Positions 13,366-21,658 are shown, counted from the stretch's first letter. The stretch: 64,000 nucleotides of DNA from Planctomycetota bacterium (GCA_016235155.1 JACRLW010000115.1:17115-81114); one strand, 5' to 3'. Notes: generated by a model not told the origin, from the sequence alone. Made by a program: numbers and translations.

Positions 13366-14462
13366 CCTTAGGCGGAGATGAGCCGCCGGACCGTCTTATC
13401 GCGAATCGCGTGCCGAGGCTCCGAGCGGGACGATGGGTAGCTTCAGACGATGCCCCCCGGAACGCAGACGACGAGGGAATCTCCCAGTGTCGTGACTCAC
13501 AGTTCCGCGCTGTCGCTGAACTCACTCCGAAGTCGGAACGCGAGGCGGCGACATTCCGTGAGTCGGACGCATTCGTTCGAGCTGGCGTGGTGGCGGTGCG
13601 GGAGACTGCGAAGGCTGCGCGACTGGATACGACGGTCTTCCGAGACGACCGAAGCATCTTCGCAGCCACAGCATACGGTGGGGTGGGGTTCGCTGAAGAG
13701 GAAGATCGTGTCTTGGTGTCGCGGGGACCGCTCGGGGTAAGCAAGTACCTTTCCACTGGCTGGTTTCCCGCCTCGCTTGCAGGGCACGCGTCGATTCTGT
13801 TCGGCGCAGGTGGCCCATCGCGGACGGTGATCTCCGATTACGGAGGACTGGGAGCTCTCTACCTCGCCTCAAGGTCAATTCGCCGTGGAGTATCCCGGGA
13901 GGCTATCGCGGTTGCGGCAGACGCAGGGTTAGGTTCTGCTACCTCTTCGCCCGAGCGATCGCCCGCCTCGTGTGCGGTCGCCTTGACTCCTGACGGTGCT
14001 ACGTCGCCGAAGCTCACCGCAGTCGTACTTGCGAGTCGAGGTACGTCGATGGCGCCGGAGGAGGAGTGCCTCTCGTTGGCTCTCCAACAGGCGTGCTGGG
14101 AGCCCGAAGCAGTCGATCTGGTTATTGCCTCCACCGGCGACGAACCGCCCGATTGGCGGGGCGCGGCCGCCGTGTTCTGCCGCGACAGAGGTGCACGGGC
14201 GTTGACCTGGAGATATGCGAGGCTTCCGCGGGCCGCGGGAGCAGTGGAGTCGTTGTTGTGGCCTTGCCTCGTGGCCGCGTTGTTGGGAAGGACCGCCGAC
14301 TCGATCTTGAAGGTCTTGTCATCTGAGACGAGAGATCGCGGCGTCAATTGGGCAGGCGTTCGCCCTGGTTTGGTCCAGCGCGCAATCGTGATTGTGGGCG
14401 GAGCGGGAGCGATCGGCGGGTGTGTGGCTATGGAGCTTGACACCAGGGGAGTCACGCAATAG
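13341..14462 (+). CDS. KS-like protein lacking the Cys/His/His catalytic residues (chain-length-factor / KS-beta-like pseudoenzyme)
   Basis: TVISDYGGLGALYLASRSIRRGVSREAIAVAADAGL aligns with the KS active-site loop, but the Cys is replaced or deleted. The STGDEPPDW and RLPRAAGAV regions replace the HGSGT and GHGL motifs. It overlaps the KS stop by 25 nt, and the start is uncertain. Confidence 0.6.
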   Translation: MCDSKSPLALGGDEPPDRLIANRVPRLRAGRWVASDDAPRNADDEGISQCRDSQFRAVAELTPKSEREAATFRESDAFVRAGVVAVRETAKAARLDTTVFRDDRSIFAATAYGGVGFAEEEDRVLVSRGPLGVSKYLSTGWFPASLAGHASILFGAGGPSRTVISDYGGLGALYLASRSIRRGVSREAIAVAADAGLGSATSSPERSPASCAVALTPDGATSPKLTAVVLASRGTSMAPEEECLSLALQQACWEPEAVDLVIASTGDEPPDWRGAAAVFCRDRGARALTWRYARLPRAAGAVESLLWPCLVAALLGRTADSILKVLSSETRDRGVNWAGVRPGLVQRAIVIVGGAGAIGGCVAMELDTRGVTQ

Positions 14463-14510
14463 CCTTCCCCCCGATGGGAGCAATACAATAAGCCATTCCC
14501 AAGACCTACC

Positions 14511-16490
14511 ATGACTGACGACGAATACCAGCGCCTCGAGAGTCTGCGGCTCGTGACGTTCAGTTGCCATGAGGCAGCGCTGCGCGAACTAAAGCCGCTC
14601 CTGAGCGTCAGACGGGAGGTCAAGAGACATCACCTCTTTGAGTTCTTCCTGCGCGAGCCCCTCAGGCAATCGCAACGTTCACCCAACACGCAGAATAGGA
14701 GCTGCTATGTTCCTTTCATAGATCGCGAGGTGGCCGCGCGTGGTTACATCCTCGACCTGCCGCCTTCCGAGACTGACCTCGCGGGCTTTCTTTCGACGCT
14801 CGCGGCCAACGTCTCGGGCACGGGCCCGGTCGCGCTGCCGCTTGTTTCAGCCGCCGCGACGGAGGAGTGCAGAGCGGCCACTGAATTGTCGGACTTGGGA
14901 AGCATCGAAAAGCGACCGGGCTACAACGCTGTTAGCAATGCGTGGAAAGACGGAAACCTCGGATACATCTACAAGAGACTGGAGACCGCCAAGAAGTTTC
15001 GTGACGGGTTCGCTTCCGTCCTGAAGAACCGAGAACTCACACCCCTGCACAGGGCGGCCTTCGCGAACGTCTTCGGGCCGCTGGGGTTGCATCTTCTCTA
15101 TCCGAAGGCACCCGGAGAACTTCTACATGTCGTGGTTTCGATTGCCACCAAGTCGCGCTTCTTCGGTGTCTTGGCTTTGATCATGGACCTTGCACCGAGT
15201 TCAGTGGCAACTAAACGAGAGGCCGAAACGCATAGGAAGAGCCTCATAGCATGCTGTGGAGCGGCTCTCTTGCGCATCTCGCACAAGTTCTTCGTGCCTG
15301 CAATGGTACTGAACTACCAAGGTCAACTGGAAGCGCAAGTCGATGCAAGTTTCGCGCATCGAGGCTCTGGTGCAGTCACGAGAGCAGTCACGAGAGCAGT
15401 CAAACGGGCATGCGACGAGGCCGCGTGCGTCTCACATGCTTCGGCCCCGCTCTCTGGGTTCCAAGACGGTGCGCAAGACGTGCAGGACGCCTTACAGCAG
15501 AACCATCGACTTGAGGAGACACTCGCGCGGGTCTGGCAGGAACGGCTCGAAGTACTATCGTCGCGCAGCGTGAAGAAAGAATCCTTGGTCCGCATTCGCG
15601 AGGGCCTTATGTTCAAACGAATGAAGGTCGCGTCGCCAGGAATGCTGAAGACTGTTCACGACGCGATTCGAGCTGCGAATTCGGTTCGCGGACGTAAGCT
15701 AGATACGGATCCGATTCCATGCGTGCTCGTTGTCGGGTCGGCGGGTTCTGGAAAGGAGAATATCGCGAAGCTGATCCTCGTATTGGCGAGTGGATTTGCC
15801 AATGCGAACGTGACCGTGCAAAACATGGCCGGTGTCAGGGACACGGACGCCATACAACAAGAGATATGGCGGTCGATGGCGCCGGGGCAGTACGGGTTTC
15901 TCTGGGATGAGCTCAACAGCCTGTCGATGGATGTGCAAGGTGCGCTCCTTCGCTTCCTTGAGCAGGGGGAGGTGCAGGGTAAACCGGTCCCAGTTGGGTC
16001 CCGGCTCTTGGTGGTAGGGATCGTCAACGAGGATCCGGGGCAGCTGACGCTGCGCGACGTGCGCGAGAGAACGAGGGACACCGTCGTATTCGGAGAAATG
16101 CTGGGTTCGCTGCTATACGAACATTTCAAGACCAAGAGTCGCATGCGAGACGACCTTTACTTCAGAATCAGGCGCTGTGGCGAGGTTCGCATTTTGGACC
16201 TCGACGACAGGCGAGAAGACATCCCTTCCATCCTGCGTCACCTCTATAGCCGCGCAGGGGGGAGTGAGGCTAACCAACGCGTTTTTTTCACGTATGCGGC
16301 GCTTAGCGCGCTTACGAATCCGGAGATTAGGTGGAAGGGTAATGTGCGCCAGCTTGAGCTAGTGGCCCGCGAGGTACGCACTGAGGTCGATCAGAAGGAG
16401 CGGCTTTCTGGTGGCAGCGACCCCTTTGTGATTGTGGACGAATGGATGGTCCGCCGGAGTATCATTCGCGCACGGGTTGTCGACAGGTGA
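14511..16490 (+). CDS. Sigma54-interaction-type AAA+ ATPase with long N-terminal (possibly GAF-like) sensor region; no GAFTGA loop and no C-terminal HTH
   Basis: Walker A VLVVGSAGSGKENIAKL. Walker B region GFLWDELNSLSMDVQGALLRFLEQGEV. Sensor II region GNVRQLELVAREV. N-terminal HVVVSIATKSRFFGVLALIMDL resembles a GAF beta-strand pattern. No GAFTGA-like sequence lies between Walker A and Walker B. Confidence 0.75.
   Translation: MTDDEYQRLESLRLVTFSCHEAALRELKPLLSVRREVKRHHLFEFFLREPLRQSQRSPNTQNRSCYVPFIDREVAARGYILDLPPSETDLAGFLSTLAANVSGTGPVALPLVSAAATEECRAATELSDLGSIEKRPGYNAVSNAWKDGNLGYIYKRLETAKKFRDGFASVLKNRELTPLHRAAFANVFGPLGLHLLYPKAPGELLHVVVSIATKSRFFGVLALIMDLAPSSVATKREAETHRKSLIACCGAALLRISHKFFVPAMVLNYQGQLEAQVDASFAHRGSGAVTRAVTRAVKRACDEAACVSHASAPLSGFQDGAQDVQDALQQNHRLEETLARVWQERLEVLSSRSVKKESLVRIREGLMFKRMKVASPGMLKTVHDAIRAANSVRGRKLDTDPIPCVLVVGSAGSGKENIAKLILVLASGFANANVTVQNMAGVRDTDAIQQEIWRSMAPGQYGFLWDELNSLSMDVQGALLRFLEQGEVQGKPVPVGSRLLVVGIVNEDPGQLTLRDVRERTRDTVVFGEMLGSLLYEHFKTKSRMRDDLYFRIRRCGEVRILDLDDRREDIPSILRHLYSRAGGSEANQRVFFTYAALSALTNPEIRWKGNVRQLELVAREVRTEVDQKERLSGGSDPFVIVDEWMVRRSIIRARVVDR
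15372..15402 (+). repeat. In-frame 12-bp tandem duplication GCAGTCACGAGA x2 plus a partial third unit (encodes AVTR-AVTR-AV)
   Basis: Read directly: gcagtcacgaga gcagtcacgaga gcagtca. It lies inside the AAA+ gene linker region. Confidence 0.7.
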
Positions 16491-16748
16491 CTCGGTTTTC
16501 GCAACATCATAGACATGGGTCTGGTGTCTACGGCGCGTATGCGCGTGTGCGGCCTCTCTAGAGCAAAGTATGTCGGACTCGACACTATGCACATTCCCGG
16601 CAGCATGCGACGGTCGCATGAACGGGCGGTGAGGGGCCTGGGCGGGGCGGCGGCAGTGACCTCGGGGAGGCCGGCTCGGCGGAGCGCACCGGGCTCGGCT
16701 ACCTCCGAGACCCAACCGCCGTGCCAACTTCCCGCTCGGACCCCTCCG

Positions 16749-16779
16749 CCACCGTTGACCAACGGTGTTTCAACGGTGG
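16749..16779. repeat. 10-bp inverted repeat CCACCGTTGA ... TCAACGGTGG with a nested CAACGGTG direct repeat, in a ~570-bp non-coding gap
   Basis: Read directly: ccaccgttga ccaacggtgtt tcaacggtgg. No convincing ORF on either strand between 16491 and 17063. Confidence 0.5.
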
Positions 16780-17063
16780 TTCGTCGAAACCGTCACAAGT
16801 TTGGGACCTACTCGGAAGCCCTGCCGTCGAGGTCCAGGCCCGTCGACGCCAGTCCCGCGACGCTCCCCCCGAAGACCTCGAAGTTCACCTCCCGGGACCG
16901 CTTCGGCGACCCCTTCCCGTTCCCCCGGGAGGAGGATCGTCGCCGACCAACGCGGAGCCGAACCAGGCCACGACTACTGACGGGATCCGCGGGGGACGGT
17001 TCATCGATTGCTATCGCCCTGCCGATTAGCGGCCGCCGCGGTCCGGCCCGCTGCATCGGCTTG

Positions 17064-17588
17064 TTATGCGCCGCCCCCCGTTGCTGCGAGCAGTGATTTC
17101 CCCGCGTCACAAAGACGCACGAGTCCCCCGGCGTACCGGTAATCGGCGGGTTCGACGTCAGTTCCATTCCGTTCCGACAGATCGACTGTCCACTCCCCAG
17201 GGAGGTGGAACTCTTTCCGGTAACTCACGATTCGTAGATCCCACCTGGGGCGGTACGGATCGTGCGCAAACGCGTTGCGCAGGCACCGTACAAAGCAGAA
17301 GTAGTCACGAGCTCGGGGCTCCGGGTAACGCAGCCTGTTGGGGATCTTGATCTCGAGGGCTGTATCCAGGGCGATCGCGAGGTTCTGTGTCGCGATCATC
17401 TCCAACCCCCAAGCCGCACGGTCCTTGTCGAGACTCTCGATTTCCTCCGTCCCGAAAGACCAGGGTCCCTTGGAGACGCCAGCCAAGCTCGTCTGGAACG
17501 TCCCAGCTCTGCCGCTAAACACGCCTCGGATCAGAATGCTCAGTACGAGCTGGTCACGAGCAAGATCAAGCGTGTCGACTCGTTTCAC
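17064..17588 (-). CDS. Hypothetical protein with HEPN-like Rx4H motif (CLRNAFAHDPY)
   Basis: 174-aa ORF with a GTG start and coding-like third-position bias on hand translation. The only recognisable motif is R-N-A-F-A-H (Rx4H, with the RNxxAH flavour seen in Abi-type HEPN families). GC is lower than in the core genome. Confidence 0.5.
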   Translation of the reverse strand: MKRVDTLDLARDQLVLSILIRGVFSGRAGTFQTSLAGVSKGPWSFGTEEIESLDKDRAAWGLEMIATQNLAIALDTALEIKIPNRLRYPEPRARDYFCFVRCLRNAFAHDPYRPRWDLRIVSYRKEFHLPGEWTVDLSERNGTDVEPADYRYAGGLVRLCDAGKSLLAATGGGA

Positions 17589-18371
17589 CTTTCGTTCTTG
17601 GTGCTCATGGCGTCTCGGCCGCTGACCCGCGCGAGGGAAGCGAGCGTCGGGTCCTGCGGCTCGATGGGCGGTAGTCTATCCACAATCCCTCGAAGTGATC
17701 ACGTCGAGTAGTGGCTGAATCTGCTCGGGTCTGGCAGCCGGAAAGCTCACCCGATCGATCGCAGCGTCCGGGTCATCGGCGTAGTCCGTGAGATGTGCGA
17801 CTCGCAGCCGAAGCACGCAAACGACTCGATGTCGCCGGAGCACTCGAACGACATCGGCTAGTAACCAGTGCGGGATGTCTACGAAAGGCAGAATCCCATC
17901 ACCGCCAAGGCGAGTCGGCGCACGGCCGGGGTTCACTCGAAGACCGCTTCAAGGCCACCTGTTTCGCATGGGTCTGTCCGCTCAACGTCTTGCCGCTCCG
18001 CCGCGCTCGGCATGGCGCGCGTTGGCTGCTGCGGCGGATTGGACAGCAGTCTACCGTCCGCGCATCGTCCGGTCGCGGGCGCCCGACCAGGAACTGGTGT
18101 AGAGCACTTGCCTTGGCTTCATGCCCCGGGGTCCGGCACCTCGATCGCAGCCAGGATGCCGAAACCGGTCCACCTGCCGTCGAGCGATCAGTCCTCGATG
18201 AGCGCCTCGGCCGCCATCACGGACTGAATGAACGTGATCGGGTCACTCTCGGACCACGCATCACGAACCGGCCACAGGAACAGCTGTCCACCGCCACCTC
18301 ACGATCGAGCCCGGCGAGCCGTCGTTGATCCCCGCCGGGCATCCGGTCCGTCCCGCTCGAATCAGCGGTAC

Positions 18372-18767
18372 TCAGTTGGTGGACAACACGCTCTGCAACT
18401 TCTCGATCGTCGCCCGCAGCTGATCGCGCTCGCGCTCCACGCCCTTGATGTGCTGGACGATGCCGTCGATGCCGCTGAGTGCCGAGGCCTTCGCCTTGGG
18501 CGGGCGACCTGGACCCCGGCGGACGACGCCAGCAGCGGCGGTCTTGGCGGCGGCCTTCGCCGCCTTCTTCGCGGCAGCCTTCGCCTTCTTGGCCGGGTTC
18601 GCCTTGACCAACCCGAGCAGCAGCTTCGCTCGCCCGAAGACGACCGGGTAGATCTTGTGGCCCTTGGCCTTCGCCTTGGCCGCGACGTCGGCGTAGGCGA
18701 CCTTGGGGTCCTTCTGGAGCATGCTGTGGACGAACGCGAACGCGTCTTTGCCTTTCTGGTTGGCCAT
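18372..18767 (-). CDS. Lys/Ala-rich histone H1-like DNA-binding protein with AT-hook (RGPGRPPK) and C-terminal coiled coil
   Basis: The internal ATG at 18767 (MANQKGKDAF...) is preceded by AAGGGAGG 6 nt upstream. Also present: AKKAKAAAKKAAKAAAKTAAA and RRGPGRPPKAK. The track ORF extends to 18821. Confidence 0.7.
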   Translation of the reverse strand: MANQKGKDAFAFVHSMLQKDPKVAYADVAAKAKAKGHKIYPVVFGRAKLLLGLVKANPAKKAKAAAKKAAKAAAKTAAAGVVRRGPGRPPKAKASALSGIDGIVQHIKGVERERDQLRATIEKLQSVLSTN

Positions 18768-18929
18768 CGTGCCTCCCTTATCGGCAGGAGCCGGGCGATG
18801 TTTCAACGAGCAACCGGGCATTCACTCGCCGCTCCAGGGCGATAGACTGCTGCGCGACAGCCAGTTCCAAGCTTCCAGCTCTAAGCCAACTCCGAGCAGC
18901 CGCCCGCCCGTCGGGCATCGAGTTGGCCC

Positions 18930-20206
18930 GTGTCCACAGCCGAACTGCGCGTCGAGACCGTCGCGCTCGAGCGTCTCTTTCCCTCGCCGTCGAACCCCCG
19001 CCGCAACGACGAGGCGGTCGAGCATGTCGCGGCGTCGATCCGGCGCTTCGGGTTTCAGCAGCCGATCGTCGCGAAGCCTTCGGGCGAGATCGTCGCGGGC
19101 CACACCCGCTACCGCGCCGCGAAACAGATCGGGCTCGCTGAGGTGCCCGTGGCCTGGTTCGGCGGCACCGACCTCGACGCGACGGCCTATCAGATCGCCG
19201 ACAACCGGACTCACGAGTTCGCGAGCTGGGACGACGAGGCCCTCGCCAAGCTGCTGGTGCAGCTCCGCGAGGAGGACGCGCTGGAAGGCGTCGGCTTCGA
19301 CGACGACGACATCGATCGACTGATCGCGGAGCTCGACACCGAGACCAAGGACCTCGACGACGAGGGCGCCGGCGAGCCACCCGAGCGCCCCACTTCGCGT
19401 CGCGGCGATCTCTGGCTCTTGGGCTCCCACCGCCTCCTCTGCGGCGACTCCACGAATGCCGACGACGTGGCGCGGCTGATGAACGGCGAGAAGGCCACGC
19501 TACTCGCGACCGATCCGCCCTACCTCGTCGACTATCAAGGCGGCAACCATCCGCAGTCGTCGGTGAACCGGCCCGACGTCAAGGACAAGCACTGGGACGA
19601 CTACGTCGATCCGCAGACCAGCGTCGAGTTCTTCGCGACGTTTCTCCGCCTCGCGTTGCAGCACTGCGTGGAACGCGTGCCCGTCTACCAGTGGCACGCG
19701 ACGCGGCGCCAGGTGCTCGTGGAGGAAGCCTGGAAGGCGAACGGCTTGCTCGTCCACCAGACGCTTGTTTGGGCCAAACGCGCTCTCACTACCTGTGGGC
19801 CCACGAGCCCTGCTTCTACGGCTGGCGCGAGGGCTCCATGCCCGAGAAGGATCGCCGGCCCGATCCCGGCGAGCGCACGGTGTGGGACGTCGATCAGCAG
19901 GGCGAGAACGATGGGGTGCATCCAACTCAAAAACCGACGCTGCTCTTCGAGAAGCCGATCACGTTCCACACGCGGCGCGGTGAAGTCGTGATGGAACCGT
20001 TCAGCGGCAGCGGCACGCAGCTCATCGCGGCCGAACGTCACGGCCGCCGCTGCTTCGCGATGGAGCTGTCGCCGGCCTTTGTCGACGTCGCGGTGCTCAG
20101 GTGGCAGAGGGCGACCGGCCAGCAGGCCACGCTCGACGGCGACGGCAGCAGCTTCGACGACGTCAGCGCACAGCGCAGCGTCGCCGCGGAGGAGCACGCC
20201 CCGTGA
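18930..20206 (+). pseudogene. ParB-like nuclease domain / N4-N6 DNA methyltransferase fusion (phage/plasmid type), frameshifted near 19778
   Basis: Frame A (18930..): PSPSNPRRNDEAVEHVAASIRRFGFQQPIVA...GHTRYRAA (ParB/Srx), LLCGDSTN, LLATDPPY, ...HQTLVWAK. Frame B (from 19778): TRSHYLWAHEPCFYGW...VHPTQKPTLLFEKPI...VMEPFSGSGTQLIAAERHGRRCFAMEL. The two frames share a single nucleotide at 19778. Confidence 0.8.
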
Positions 20207-20691
20207 CGAAGGGCGCGGCGCCAAACGGCCGTTCTCCCAGCGGCCAATTCGCCAAGGGCAACGCCGGCGGTCCCGGCGGCACCCGCCAGCGCTCTTTCGT
20301 GCTGCGGCAAGCCGCCGAGCACGCGATCACGCCCGAACACATCGAGGCACTGATGCGCAAGGCCTTGCGAATGGGACTCGAGGGCGACGTGCGGGCGATA
20401 CGCCTTGTGCTGGAGTGGACCTGTGGTCGTCCCGCCGAAGTGGCGACCAACGCCGAGCCGTTGGACTTCGCGATGCCGCCGTTGCAGACCGCGGCCCAGT
20501 GCAACGCGGCACTGGAGTTCGTCGCCGCCGCGCTGTGCGAGGGCCGTCTGAATCGCGACGCCGCGCAGGTTCTGATCGAACTGATCCACGCACGCATCAA
20601 GGCGATCGAGGTCGCCGATCTCGAGCGGCGCCTCCTCGAACTGGAAGCGCGATTCGAGACGGTCGAGCCGTTCGGGCGGCGAAGGCGCTGA
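20203..20691 (+). CDS. Hypothetical phage-associated protein (DUF5681-like GQFAKGNAGGPGG N-terminus)
   Basis: GTG at 20203 overlaps the methylase stop (GTGA). The N-terminus VTKGAAPNGRSPSGQFAKGNAGGPGG resembles small phage proteins with an FxKGxSGNPxG motif. The family call is weak. Confidence 0.45.
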   Translation: MTKGAAPNGRSPSGQFAKGNAGGPGGTRQRSFVLRQAAEHAITPEHIEALMRKALRMGLEGDVRAIRLVLEWTCGRPAEVATNAEPLDFAMPPLQTAAQCNAALEFVAAALCEGRLNRDAAQVLIELIHARIKAIEVADLERRLLELEARFETVEPFGRRRR

Positions 20692-20692
20692 G

Positions 20693-21526
20693 ATGCGGGC
20701 TCGTCAACAAACGCGGCTCGGGCAGCTCTCCCAGCGTCTCGCGGCGCAGCCACTGCGCGAGGGCCTGGTAGAGGCGGAGTTCCACAAGTTCGTCGAGACC
20801 GGCGAGTTGCCCGAGGAGCAGCGCCTCGCCGCCGAGGTCGTTCAGCTCGCGATCAGCGGTGGGCCGCGCGCGCCGATGACCGCCGCATCGACGCGCGAAC
20901 TTCTCGCTCGCCTGCCCGAGATCGTGCACGCGCTCGAGGCAGCGGCCGACGAGGCCGACGCGGCCCGCGCGGCCGGGACGAAGCCCAGCCGCCCCGCCCG
21001 GCACGTCTTGTTCGACGAGGCCGTCCGTGGCGAGGGTCTGGTGCGCGCCGCAGCGCGGCTCGTGCTGCAGACCGCCGCGCAACACGGCGCCGACCTCGCG
21101 AGCTTCGAGTTCCTCGCCGATCAGGAGGTGCCCGACCACGTGAGCCTCGGCCTGCACCTGCTCGGCTTCCCGGAGTGCCTGGCGCGGCCGCCCTACGTCG
21201 CGCAGGCCAAGCGGCTGTTCGCGCGGTTCGACGCTCTCCAACCGCGGATCGACCGCGGCGGTCCGGGCTGGTTCGGACCGATCGAACGCGCCGTCCTGGA
21301 CTTCCGATGCACCGGCGAGCTGCCCGAAGATGACCTGGTCCGCGACTGCGCGCTCGCCGAAGCCGAGTTCAACGCGCTGTTCCACCTCGTCTGCGGCGAG
21401 GGCGATGCCGAAGTGCTCGCCGCCTTCGACGAAGCTGCCGGCGCCGACGGGGAACAACGCGCGATCGCGCTCGAGCGGCTGCGCGAGCTGGCTCGCCAAG
21501 GCCGCCTGCTGCCGGCGCAGGAGTAG
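20693..21526 (+). CDS. Hypothetical protein
   Basis: The start lies 1 nt after the preceding stop. Third-position G/C is high on the plus strand. The overlapping minus-strand ORF 20597..21646 looks like an antisense artefact. No motif recognised. Confidence 0.5.
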   Translation: MRARQQTRLGQLSQRLAAQPLREGLVEAEFHKFVETGELPEEQRLAAEVVQLAISGGPRAPMTAASTRELLARLPEIVHALEAAADEADAARAAGTKPSRPARHVLFDEAVRGEGLVRAAARLVLQTAAQHGADLASFEFLADQEVPDHVSLGLHLLGFPECLARPPYVAQAKRLFARFDALQPRIDRGGPGWFGPIERAVLDFRCTGELPEDDLVRDCALAEAEFNALFHLVCGEGDAEVLAAFDEAAGADGEQRAIALERLRELARQGRLLPAQE

Positions 21527-21658
21527 CTCGCCGACGGCAGCCGCAGCGAAGGCTTGCGGACCGCGGCACGGCAAGTCGATTCCACCTAATCGACGCGCCC
21601 GCGCTCCTCGCCGCGAACCTCGCCGACCGGCCTTGCCTCGTCGCATGCTCGCGCAAAT

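Noticed and set aside
17650-17658. GGGTCCTGC 9-mer matching part of the att core; also GTCCTGCAGG at ~9113 and GGTCCTGCAG at ~25845
   Set aside because: Matches of 9-10 nt in GC-rich sequence are expected by chance in 128 kb of two-strand search space. The flanks do not extend the match, and two of the three lie inside coding sequence.
17676-17936. 86-aa minus-strand ORF upstream of the HEPN-like gene (possible antitoxin partner)
   Set aside because: Codon bias is mixed, there is no RBS and no recognisable motif (no MNT GSx10DxD). The surrounding 17.6-18.37 kb also contains a stop-interrupted fragment ending ...DAWSESDPITFIQSVMAAEALIED near 18188. I treat the region as decayed remnants. It remains worth an HHpred check.
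20597-21646. 349-aa minus-strand ORF overlapping 20693..21526
   Set aside because: Third-position G/C is high in the plus frame, which is also start/stop-linked to its upstream neighbour. The minus translation is Arg/Ala/Gly-rich.
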